Positions 27,901 through 40,200 of a DNA stretch of 64,000 bases are shown here, one piece after another. The notes below the pieces were generated by a model, which was not told the origin of the DNA, made no database searches, and worked only from the letters and a program-made list of their open reading frames with translations. The number at the start of each line of letters is the position of its first letter. Within the stretch, counting starts at the first letter, position 1. The stretch comes from Phoronis australis. Its lineage: Eukaryota; Animalia; Phoronida. Location of the stretch: assembly GCA_002633005.1 (NCBI GenBank), contig NMRA01000034.1, positions 1,363,540 to 1,427,539 on the forward strand, given 5' to 3'. The position numbers and the translations under genes are program-made.

Positions 27901-30900
27901 TTCAACAATGAGGATTGCCATTAAGCTGAGCATAGACCCCAGTTCAAAAACAAAAAATTGAGAAGTCTGGGAAGGGCATTTACCTATAATGAAGTTGATT
28001 TATTCAAACAAATGCCTTCCCCATTTTTTGCACACAAGTGTGATAATATTAGAAGGCGCTTGAGCCACGAGAATCACTTCACGTATCGTTCAGTAAAACG
28101 TGCCGCTGATTGTAAACAAGTTCCATGCATTTTGGTCCACAAAGACATGGGGACCTTTAAGGTTATGTAGGACCATAGACATACTTCGGATAAGAAATGC
28201 TAATTGGATTCAAATGGAAGTTTAATTTTAGATAATATGCTGTGTGCAATTCACTCTGCTCCAAAATTTTACTATGGGCTGTTTTTGAAACGTTGCACTT
28301 TAGATTAAGAGGTTGTTAACGAACAGTACCTGTGTCATGTTCATGAGAAAACTCTAGAATTGCATAAAATGAAAGTAGAACAATATTTTGTAAAGCTGTT
28401 ACATCATTTTAAATCTTGTCGTGAACATTTGCATCACATAAAAATTAATCATAACAAAATGTAGATCTTGAGCCATCCACATAATATATTGGTAAGACCT
28501 TTCTGCTGGACTGAATACTGTATACTATATTCCTAGTACCGTGAGTACCTCTTGTCTCCTATGGGTTGATGTAAAATGTTAGCTGTAGGAACTCTGTCTA
28601 TACTCTAGCTCCTTCCATGCTGAGGACCATGGTGGCGCCACCTAGCTTGTTATGGGAAGGTTTTAAGACTTGAATATAAATAGCCTCCTGTACTCCTCAA
28701 AGGTGTATAATGTTATTTATTTTATATATTGAACATTGTTCATGTTATTGACATGGTTGTCATGCTATCAAATGTACATCTCTGCTTTGCTCAGTTTTAC
28801 GGAAAAAAGCGTGGTCACATGACCCAATTTATGTCAGTTTAATATAAAATCAAAAATCAAATTCTGCAGCCATTATTCTTTTCTAAAATAAATACTAATA
28901 CAAGTTATATTGATATCTGGCTAAATATGCAGACAGTCAATAAGGTCCAACATAACCTTAAGGAGGTCTCGCTGTACTGATGGAGCGGGCACTAAGGAGA
29001 GCATACTGTTCTTCCCCACTCTCCTCAATCATTTCATTTTGTACAACAAAATCCACACTGATTTTGAAGGTTTTTGTTGCTATTTTAATTTGACTTCTTT
29101 TGACTCAAATTATGGCAGAATTGTTTGATGAACACTTGCAGTTTTAAATGTTAAAAGTATATTGTAATGTTAAACAGGGTAGCTGGTCTATGTTCCATCG
29201 TCCATCAGCTGTGGTCATTGATGCTTGTGAACACATTTACGTCAAGGACGACCAAAGGATACAGAAGTTTGATCAGACTGGACGCAAGCTGTTGGAAATG
29301 GGAAAAGGCGTGTTGAAGTCACCGTATGGTATGTCCTGCGCAAGCTACATTGTTGCCATATGCTCTTTGAGAAAGTCAGTTGGTTGATTTGCACATTGAG
29401 AAGGAATTCTTCTACTGGGTTGGCATGCACGTTGATATAGAATTCAGTTGGGTCGCTATGGTACATTGAGAAGAAATTGAAGTGAATGGGTTGCTATGTA
29501 CTTTGATAAGGAATTCAATTGGTTTACTATATGTCTGTGCATTGAGGAGAAACTCAAGTGGGTTGCTATGTACATTGAGGTACAATCTAATGGGGAAACC
29601 CCCCTCCCGACCTCTCCCCATTCGTCGCTTAGCCTTTACTACCAATCACAGTACTCTGCGCGCAATTGTCTACAAGGCAAAATGTTGGGGCCCCCCTTAT
29701 GATATCCTAGATCAGCCACTGAAACTACACAACAAATGGCAGCGTATTTTAAGAATCTCAAGTGGTAAGGTCACTGGCTTTGATTTTAGTGAATGTCTTG
29801 CGACAATTTTTGATTTGTAACAAAATCACTGCAAAGATGGGTTTTGTTCTTTTGCAGCTGTGGTCTAATTAGCTAATATCTTCAAGGAGTCTCCATCCAA
29901 CAGTAATGTCGAAAAAAAAATTTGACCTTAAACAATAGGCCTTAAGTACCAATAATGTCGCTTTGATTAACCTTCCATGACAAATTTACCTTGGGTTTTT
30001 TATGTCTTATGGCTGATGTGTTCTTCTGTCAGTGATGCCGAGTTCCGTGTGGAACACTTGAAGGTGACTATATTGCCACTTTGTGAAACTCCTCAAGGCT
30101 GCACGTTATTTCTGTTAAATAGCTCTTGTAGTAATTCCATGTATTACAGGTCTTGCCTTAACCTCACTGGCAGAGTTGGTTACGGTAGATATGTACAAGG
30201 CTCAGATCTATAGGTTCAGCCAACATGGAAGACTGCGGGGGACAGTAACTATTGATGTGTTTGGCCAGAGTAGGACAGGCTCCAAGATAAGATTCTTGAC
30301 AGTCCACAGCAACTGGATTGTTTTCACTGACTTGGGTAAGAATCTTGTTATCTCAGGTGTGTTGACTATTCGAATGGCAGATTTTATAGGCAATCCCACA
30401 TCTCACATGAGGAGGATGAAAAACATCGTATGATTGACTTAGTTTTTGAAAGGAAGAGCTGCTAACTCACTTTTGAGCCAAGACATGCAAGTGAAGAGCA
30501 AAGTGAAATGTCTCACTTGGCTTATTGTTTTTATGTGCCCACATATTAATTATATTTGGGCACATAATGCTGTCATCCATGACTGCATCTGTCCACCCAG
30601 CGTCCGCTGCTCTATCTCTAAAACCGTTTGATGTATGGTCATGAAATTGTTGCACATGTGTTCCTTTTATGGATGGTACAACATGCGTGAACTTTCATTC
30701 AGCTCCAACTACTCATGTGTCCCCTAGTAGCAATTTTAATATTTTACATTTATCTTTAATGGACCTCAATGGATTTTCCTAGAATTTGACAGGTAGGCAT
30801 CTATTAGTGTTATGACGCTATCCTCCCGTTTTTAGATGGATTCTTGTTTTTTGCGCCACCTTAAGAGGCCATCTTTACTATTTTCGAGTCTGTTTTATGC

Positions 30901-32915
30901 TTCTGCCCATCTCTCAACTGAACCACTCTAACATAGATTGTGGCACATATGTTCCTACTGTCAAGTTGATGGCTGATGATGAATTTCGAACAACTTCTAC
31001 TACTGTGGCACCTCCTAGTGGCAGTTTTGTTTTTTGCGCCCATGGCTATAACTCCTAAATGCTCTGCAGGATCTTTATTAAATTTAGTAAGACCTAAAGT
31101 GTATTTTTATGAAGTTGAGAATGGACCATTTTCAGACAGATGCGACGAAGGCTGTGCCACCTAGTGACAATGTCTTTTTTTTGTTCCATTTCATCTTTTT
31201 TTCTCTGAAGCTCCTGGGCAGATATTTATGAAATTTGGTAAGTGTCTTTCTTCTAAAGAAACGATGACACATTCTTGTTTTTTGATGTATTCAACATATT
31301 TTGTGCCATGTAGTGGTCATTTTTATTGTTTTCTAGTCTGTTTTTGGCGTCCGTCCCTTTATCATCAACTGAATGTCTTTTATGTTTCTACTGTGATGAG
31401 GACGGTTGATGATGGAGTTCTTTGATGGATTCTCATGAATTTGGCAAACAATTTTGAGAGACAACAACTTCTTCCCATTTTTGGATGGATTCAATATATT
31501 CTGAGTCATCTAATGGCCATTTTTATGATGCAAATAAACACCCCTAGAAGCACACCATTTGTGGTGCAGTAGTGGGCACATTTCAACGCTCCACGTTGCT
31601 CTTGTTATTAAAGTTAGCAGTCATGTTGTTTGTGAGCCACCTTAACAACATTGCTGGATCTTTTTGAATTTGTGGTGAGTATTTCCCTATGAATGTGACA
31701 ACAGCTGATCACAACAAGTTCTTCACGGAATTTGACCTTTGTGTTCTTAATGAGGAGGGCGTAACTGACCTTGATTTTTTGGATGGATTCCACTGGCATT
31801 GAAATATTTTGAAAAATATGGGCACCATCAGTGGGCGCACATCGAAGATACTATGCTTTATACACTGTTCTTTAAAACACTGTTAGGGAATGTAAAATGT
31901 TCCATTTTGCATGAGGGGCTTTCAAAAAATAAGAATTACATGAAAAAATTCAAAATTGCATAAAACGCAAAGGAAACGATAATTAAAAAAAACATTGTTA
32001 TAACTTTTTTAGTGTATTTTATATTGCATTTGTGTCATTTGAAATTTGGTTGTGTTTTTTAACTTGTTGTTATGAATGTACCTTCCTTATTTTCATAAAA
32101 TTGCAAGGTCACATGACTTGTTTTGAATTTCTACAGTGTACTTTCAGAAAATATATACTTTTGCTGAGTTCAATGTATTCTAAGTGTACAAGCTAGTCAC
32201 TAAGGTCCCATGTAACCTTAAAAATGAATTTATTTAGTGTAATTGTGAATAAAAAAACGAGGTTGAGAGATTATCTTACTATTGCCTTGCAGGTCGCAGT
32301 GTTGTATACGTAACTGATTTTGATGGCGTTCTCATAAAGAAAATTGGTTCATATGGACATGAACCAGGCAAGTTCTGGGAGCCCTCAGGTGTCTGTGTTG
32401 ATCGCCATGGAAACATCCTGATAGCTGACAGTAGAAACAATAGAGTTCAGGTAAAAATTGTGTTCTTTAAAACTTTGTCTTAAATAGACTTTCTATTTTA
32501 TATTCTAATTGCTAAATCTAAATATCTGTATATGCGTGATGCTGGAAAATGACTGGTTAAAATGTAACCCATTTATTAAGATGTTGTTCAACTGTTACAA
32601 GACCAAGAATGTTGAAGAATAATTGGGGTGAAAGCTCCCCACCTCAAAACTGGTTTGAGAAATTGCCAAAATTTGATTTTGCAGTTGAATTCCTGTGGAA
32701 GAGTGTTTTGATACGTCAGAAGTAACAACTTGCGTTGCATTGATTAGGTTGTTTCATTCCAGTTGTTTAGCCACCTTGGTGAGTACGTGACCTGTCTTTC
32801 ATGTGATCAGACTAACTTGAGGCCCTCAGATATTCACTTCACAGACACCGGTCTCCTGTTGGTCTCCAACTTCCTTCGACATACAGTTAAGGTGTTCCGA
32901 CTACACTTGGACTAA
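19774..32915 (+). CDS. TRIM-NHL-type protein: coiled coil, filamin repeat, long low-complexity insert, six NHL repeats; 5' end unresolved
   Basis: Nine GT-AG exons join in frame: 19774-19965, 21161-21301, 22810-23041, 25257-26771, 27654-27814, 29178-29328, 30150-30335, 32293-32450, 32763-32915 (2889 nt, TAA at the end). Filamin motif VKVTDPHG...TYGMSFT...GIHIVDIKVYGQHIKGCP. NHL repeats include FWEPSGVCVDRHGNILIADSRNNRVQLF and FPIGVTEIPSSGDIVVCDSGNHSVKVF. Confidence 0.9.
21735..22185. repeat. Intronic minisatellite, ~42-45-bp unit
   Basis: Degenerate copies of taactaaactgtcttgcaatgtctatggcctggcaatgctatatg. Confidence 0.85.
24913..24958. repeat. (GT)n microsatellite
   Basis: Direct reading; contains one n. 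Confidence 0.95.
26161..26400 (+). repeat. Coding 24-bp tandem repeat (about 10 x SV[KR]MDETA)
   Basis: gcatctgtgaaaatggatgagaca units in frame within the 1515-nt exon. Confidence 0.9.
29395..29590. repeat. Intronic minisatellite, ~33-38-bp unit
   Basis: Degenerate copies of gggttgctatgtacattgaggaggaattcaa. Confidence 0.7.
30527..31606 (+). mobile_element. Helentron-associated (HINE/DINE-1-like) non-autonomous element
   Basis: T-run start, 5' subTIR atgtgccc with a nearby inverted gggcacat, decayed gtcc tract, 3' subTIR gggcacat followed by a short hairpin caacg-ctcca-cgttg and ctcttgtt. Confidence 0.55.
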
Positions 32916-34474
32916 GTCACGGGTACAGCAGCTTTCAACACTTACTCCAGCATACAGATAATGTTCTGGCTGAGCCATGAGGACTGACTCAGCTGTCAAC
33001 ATTCATCGTTGTTGTTATACAGTGAAATCTCGCCTATTTCGGACAAAACAAATTGCCAAAATTGCCATTTTCTGTTTTTTGAAGATCTTACATTTTGTGA
33101 GTGCCCAGAAGTTTTCATAATTTTTTGAAATATGGTAGAAAACTAGAGGTGTTAAGCATTCGTTTTCTGCTACTATATCGTATGTGAAAAATTAGAATTT
33201 CTGCTGCCGGCTATATTGTGTGGGTGAATTACTTGTGTGCATAGTTTGAAGCACAACGCTGTCTCCTGAGGAGATTTATGTGCATTGTTCCTGGTTCATT
33301 CTGAGAATTTCTCTCCAATCTCATGAGTGCAGCCTCCTGATGAGATGCATAAATCTTCATATTGGTTCCCTGATTCTGTAGGTTCTTCTTCCCCGCAGCG
33401 GATTGGTCAAAACTACAAATCATGGTATTATATCATTCTGGGAGAATCATGTAGTTACCTCGATACCAATTTATTCTAGGAGTCCCTGTTCCCTTGCGGA
33501 GGGGCTGGTTTTGAGAATAATGTAGTTACCTTGATGTCAGTTTGATCTAGGAGTCCCTGTTCTTTCAGGCCTGTTAGTGAGAACCATGTAGTTACCTTGG
33601 AGTCCCTGTCCCTGTCCCACCAGCCCCCCTTCCCCAGGGGGGAGGGGTGCTGGTGGTTGGAACCATACTGCTTGATATGGGTTTTCCTGGGAGTATCTGT
33701 TCTCCACTGCGTGTTCAAGTCCCTGATAACTTCAAGTCTTACCTCTGTTGATGGTGTAGGCAGTGGCAAATACATGTGCCTCTATGGCTTTAGACTAGTC
33801 CAGTTAAAGTTAATGATCCCAAGTTGCACTAATGATAAGTTCCAAAGTATTAAGTTCCTTTGGTTGGTAAATGAAAATTCAAGGCACCTACTGTTGTGCA
33901 TGGTCAATACTGGGTGCCTGAATTCCAATCCCCATGCTGTCAGCTGCTGTTCTTTGGAAATTCAAGCTCAAAAGAAAATTACACTTATCACTAAAAGCTG
34001 GGGGTCACATGATTTGGAAATAGATTTTTTTCACCAGTTGGGAATTCAGGTGACAATGGCCAGTTGAAAACTTTATTTCATTAAAGATGGCAATACCCAA
34101 GGATTTGCAGTGTTCTTATGATGTGCCCTTTGGACACTTGCCAGAGTATGGGGGGGAGTGTCTTGGGAGAGTTGCTTGATATATGGGGTAACTGCCATGA
34201 GTGTTAACTGGTTTTTAGAATGAAGTGCTAGGAATCCTGTTTCGTACAGTTAGCTTAATTTTGTGCAGGAATTGTGAAGACAGTGGTGAAAAGTTATTTT
34301 GAAACGTACTTTGTGTTGCTCCCTCACTATAGAGCAGCTTATCAATATACCAGTGAGTCTACTGTTATAGCTACATTGATGGAGCAACCCAGTTAGTTTT
34401 TAATATGTTCCTATCTACCTGTTGGCACACCACCGCTTAGACGTGTCTGGGATTTAAGGGAGAGGGTATCCAGT

Positions 34475-34909
34475 GCCCAGTTGCATGAAACAGTCCCTAA
34501 TAGGGACTCAACTAAGTCCCCCAAGTCTACTGCGTATTTGTGGAAACACTGATTGTCCTTTCTTATGCTGTTTTAGTTTCATTACTAAGTCAATTTTCGT
34601 TTTGATACAAATCGAGAGTGAACTTGACATTGAATTGTCAATAGTATCGAAAATAAATAGGGATCTTTTCATGCAACGCCCTTAACTTAGGGACTAAGTC
34701 CCTATTTATTTTCATTGAATTTAAGGCTCAGTTTTTAGTTATGTTATTAGAATCATACTTCAGAGAGGAGCTCATAATAAAGATGAAATGATAGAAAAAG
34801 ATTACGTCTGTGAGTGTACGTCTGTGAGTGTACAAAGAACAGACAGGCAAAAGATTTAGGGAACTTGATTGTGTCCCTACATGTATTTGGGATTGTTTCA
34901 TGCAACCCG
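34475..34909. mobile_element. MITE (Harbinger-like) downstream of the NHL gene stop codon
   Basis: ccagttgcatgaaacagtccctaat...atttgggattgtttcatgcaacccgg inverted ends. A related end, cccagttgcataaaa, lies at ~57399. Confidence 0.45.
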
Positions 34910-37267
34910 GTACAGAACACTAAAGGTATTTTCGTAGCCTCAAATTTCACCGGCGCTGGGAAGTAGCCTAAACATATCTGCACATGTGCGAACACTAGTC
35001 TGCGCCAAACCATGAAACTTCCTAGTAAGAGAATGATTTGTCCTGTGACTGAATTTAGCACGTGCCCAAACAACGTTCACATCTCAGAGTAGTCAGCTGA
35101 GCTACGAAAATGTCTGAGGTTTTACCAATGAGGTGAGGGCATGTATCCTTTGGAACACTGGGATACCGTGGCTTAAAATTTCCTCTCAGATACGTTTCAT
35201 TTCTGGGCATATGCGCAAGTCAGGTCGGTGTACCGTCCTTTAGGTCGTTGTACCCTCCTTTAGGTCAACCGGGTGTATACAATGTTGTTTTGTTGCCAGG
35301 GCTTCCATCCAGTTCCTGGTAAATTGATATCGGTTACTTTATAGCACTAGTTTTGTTAATTTTGTGTGTACTGTATTGTATTTATTTATTGTAGTGAGAA
35401 GTACAATTTATTTTAAATAGTTACATGTGTAGCATTGGTAAGAAAAATAAGTACCCAGCCCAGTTAGAAGTGCTTAATTTTTGGTTTTGTTTGAGAGAGT
35501 GGATAGTTTTAGCTTTAGCCTTTTGTGCTCATATAGTAATGGGACTAAGTAATAAATTCAATTTATAGCAAGGTTGTCATATTTGAAACTCGCTTTTCTG
35601 TTTTGATAATAATTCTATTGTTGATTTCAAGTAACAAATTTAAACTTAAGCTGCACTTCGTCCTGTTTAGCTGGTCACGTGATGACAAAAGTTTAGTAAG
35701 GCAGGCTAACATTTCTTGCTTTCTATAGTAAATTATACCATAGTCGGGCTGGAGCTCATATATGTTATTTTTCGCTTAATAAAATGATTCTATTTGAAGT
35801 TGATGGTAGTTTCGAGTTTGACCACCTGGAGTAGCGATCATTTGCAAAATAGATGTCACGAATGGATAAAAACATGCTATACAATACCAGGACATTGTAC
35901 AGAAGACAACTCCAAAGAACGACAGTGGTTTATATCCTATATGCAGGCGCTGATGGTGCATTTGTGTGGCTTAGGGATGAGCTTTACAGGGACAAAAGAC
36001 CGAAGGTCTGTGTCATGAAGCATACTTCGTAACCAATTGTCGGTCGTATTGTAATGTATATATTTTTGTGCTCCTTTTCTCTTCATAAGGCATAATTAAG
36101 TCTAGTTGATTTCTGAACATGTCGGCCATGTCTAGGCCACTCTGGACCAGATGAATTTTTCTCTCGAATGGCGTTCATAGGGAATTTTTATGTGGTCGGG
36201 GTACAATCTGCTAACGCCTTCTCAGACTAATGTTCATTACTAGTAAAATACCTTGCACGGCGCGAACCTTACTTTATCAAGAATTGTGTAGCATTGTAAT
36301 CACCCGCGGTAACGATTAAAGTGTGTGAAAGTTGCTATATGGCCACTTGCAGGCATGCCTGGTGGAAAGGCCATCATGATCACAATTTAGTTATGTTAAC
36401 GTAGTACCATTTAATTTTTTTATTTTGTTTGTGATGATTGCTAACCCCATCACAATGCGTACTGTTCGTTCTCGGTGCTCGCACCAAACAATACAGTCAC
36501 AGCCGAAAAACAGCCATTAAATTGATCAATACTATGCAAAAATTCTCTTCAAATTTCACTTTTTTGAGCTCTGTAAACTCATCAGGTACGACTACATATC
36601 ACGTCGGCGGACTGAAGTCTTTTGGCAAAAATTTCCATCCAGTAACTGGTGCATCCTGTTGGTATTGCAACGGTTATTCTGAGATGCTTCTCATCTGGTC
36701 AGAAATATATGGTTTATTTCTTCAGTTCGGCGAGGGGTTTGACAAATAGTTTGATAATGAATAACTGTTAAATCTCCTGTCTCTACTTTAGCGAGAGATA
36801 CAAAAATGTATTATGGAAAGACGGGGTGTCCCAAAACAATGCCAGTATGCTACTTGCTCACGGATATCGAGGGCACTTGTTTCCATGAATGTTGGTTGTA
36901 ACAGTAATTGTGTAGTGTTTTTTTTTTATAAATATCTATTAAATAGTCCTTTCTGTACTTCCGAAGATACGCACGTCAAAAATGGGTTTGCCCAACTTTC
37001 CGATTTGGAATGGACGCTCAATGAGCTGTTGCAACGGCGGTCGACTTTGTGTCTGGGAGAAACCAGTATTCTGAATAACTTTGTTCTTTCATGCAAATAC
37101 GCAATTATAACATTTATTGTGCATGTATCACAGGCCTTAAAAATCACTCATTTCAATGTCTATCTTGCGAATCACTTATTTCAGCGTATTTCTGTACTAA
37201 ATATTGTAGGAATCACTTATTTCAACGTATTCCTAACTACATGATATATGTTTCGGAGCGTCGGTCA

Positions 37268-40200
37268 TCATGGGGTGGTGGCGTCCATGATTTGCGTGTC
37301 CAGCACCCACTTCAAGATTGGTGCGACGTTCGTGAATACGATTGGCTGGTTTGGATTGTTGTTGCCTTGTACACAATTAGGGAAGTGTGGCCCTTTCGAG
37401 GTTAAGCCCACTAACACGTATTGGTTCCCTTTCTTGCACTGTAACGGACTTCCGTTGTCCCACTGAAATGATTGATAAGGTGCGCGTGAAGAAGTGGTAT
37501 GTAGTTCAATAATAAAAAGGTGCGCGTCGCAAACTCGGTATAGACCCTTTCAGCGTCCATCACGCACTCAGCATCGTGCAAGCCGAAAATACAGCCAGGT
37601 GCGTGACCCTTTAGCTCCCTTATTTGGAAGTCAGTCAAGTGAGATGACACCCGTATTATAAATGCGTTGCCGCGGGGCCAGCGGCAGTCAGCATGAAATT
37701 CAGAAAAGCAACACCACACACAGTAGGAACCGGGCACTGCACTCCATCTCACAGGGGAAGAGACCTTGAGGAAGTACTACCATAACAGCGTCCGGTTTTG
37801 CCCAATTTCCTTTTTCACCGAATAAACTAAATTCTCCTTTCACAAATGTTTGGGACCAATTATCATAATTGCACGGGTGGTTTCACTTAATTGCAGTGAG
37901 CAAATTTTGTTTCGGCGAAATCGTCACAGTCTCCTGACTGATAGTATGGCCATCTCAAAACCAATTACCAATAACGGGGTAGTTTCGACTCGGTTATTCT
38001 TTGCGCCGTGACGAGGAGGGGAATGGCGGTGAAAACATCGATTTTGATGATGTACAAACACCATTAAAAAACAAAATTGGTTATGGTTTGTGTATTTTTT
38101 AGAAACTGGATACGGCATTTTTAGTATTGCGAAAAGGAAAACCACCTGGTACCAGCCGAAATGATTCGAGATCCATTTTACGACGGCGAACAACTTATAG
38201 CTTTTTTCTGGGAGTAATAGCCAAACGTTGCTTTTTTCTTATACCAGCTGCAGCAGTGGTGCAGTGACGAGCCTGACTACTTTTTAACAACGATCAGACG
38301 GGAGGGGACAGTCCATCAAAAACAAGCTTAGATACGTTTAAGCATCTTGAGAAAACGAATTTCCCTAGACTGATGCAGGTAGGCATTTTTCTTAAAAAAC
38401 TGACGGTTGTGAACCAATTCTGCTATTTTCTTGGGCTTCAACTTTTTGTGTTTGCTTTCATCTCCAAAACGCAGATATGTTAAATGTTGACACTGAAGTA
38501 GCCAACTTTTTCAAATATCCTGCAGTACGACTGTTGTCGCCCCAATATTCTTACCCCGCACAATCCGCTGTATTTCCCGTGTCCGTATCCGCACAGTTCG
38601 TCACTTGTGACGCCCTGCAGGTGTCTCGCGCATTGCTGATGACTGAGGACCTCAAGACTGCCGTCTTTCATCACATTCTTTATGTCGTTAACTACAAAAT
38701 ATTAATTACGATTATACAAAATTCCATTTGGTTTACGGATGGAGTTGCGAGAATGCCATGAAAGAGAGCTCTTCGACTGGGATCACGGCAATTTTATGGC
38801 AACCCAAGTCAAGTGGTATTTAAAACATTTAGTGAGCCAAAGAGGACGTATCTTGTATTTAAGTTTTCATATTTAAAATTTCAGGCAAACAGTTACACAC
38901 ATTAAAAAGGCATATCGAGACGTTTGGAGTTGCTAGACATGATGCCTAAGGGGAAATCAACAATTTGTCGGACTTCAAAAGTACTTGCCCTGACTTCAAA
39001 ACCAACTAGCTGGACTAAAAAAAAAAACAATTGCCGGTGTTCTAGTCGGACATCAAAACGCGGTGTGCGGTACTTCAAAACCAGATGGTCGCACCCAAAT
39101 ATTGGTTGACCGGACCTGAAACATGTTGGCCGTTACTAAAATATAATGGGCGAACAAATCACCGGCCAACTGGCTATAGCACCGGCCATCGTACGTGTTT
39201 TGGGTCAGCCAACTAGTTTTTTGGGTGAGGCCATCGAGTTTTGAAGTCCGGACAACACGTTTGATCACCGGTCATTAGATTTGCAGTCCAGCCAATTGGT
39301 TTTGAAGTCCAGGCCAGTGGTTTCAAAGTCCAACCAATTGTTAGCTCCCCCTTGATGTCTTATAGTGACACAGCCCGTGAGGTTTCACCAACACTAAGAT
39401 GGCAGACATGAGAGTATTTATATGCGCTAACTGCGAAGCGATGCCGAAGCTAGTTTACAGTGAAACATTTAAAGGCGGATGCAACCTTTTTTCATGTCAT
39501 TTTTAGCAAAAATAAGGTTCGTTGATTATCCAAGACATATTTTTCACTTGTTTACTGCTTTTCGTAATTTGATTTATTACTCGTCGTCTACTCCGGAAGT
39601 GACGTTTTGGGAGGCAAAAGTTTCGCGCCAATTTCTTTTCATTATAGTCGGACTGTGAGAGCTGTCGAGTCAGTCATTGTTCTACCTCGGTTGTGATAAG
39701 TTCGGTCGTCTTTTGCTTTTGTTTACAAGTCAGTCAACATGCCACGCTGTTGCTACGTGCCGGGATGTACTCATTATCGTCTCACACGCGCTTTTTGGGT
39801 ACTTTGCGTCGCTTTCCGAAGGATGACACACTTCACCGTACTTGGCTAGCTCGTTCATGTGAAGAACGCAGCGCTACCCGTCCAGGCAACGAACAAAGCA
39901 GTGGAGGGTTACCGAGTGTGTGGCAAGCAGTTTCTGCCATCAGATTACGACATAGATATGTACGCTGAATTGATAAACGTCCCTGCGAAACAACGCCTGA
40001 AGAAGGGTACCATACCGTCGCTGTCGGATTTCTGGCAGTGCCCCGTCGCCAACCCCGAGAAGTGCGTTTTTGAAGCGAGAAGCCTCGCGATCGAGCTGTG
40101 GCCACTATATACAGTGACTGGAGGCTATTTATCTACTGTCACCCGTGCATCTGAACGTACCCCATTGCGTGCACTCCCGGGAACTACATGTATCAGTGAT

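Noticed and set aside
35750-36750. Faint piggyBac-like transposase traces on the minus strand (e.g. LIPKPHK)
   Set aside because: Too decayed to align by eye and no TTAA/TIR ends found; needs tBLASTn against piggyBac transposases.
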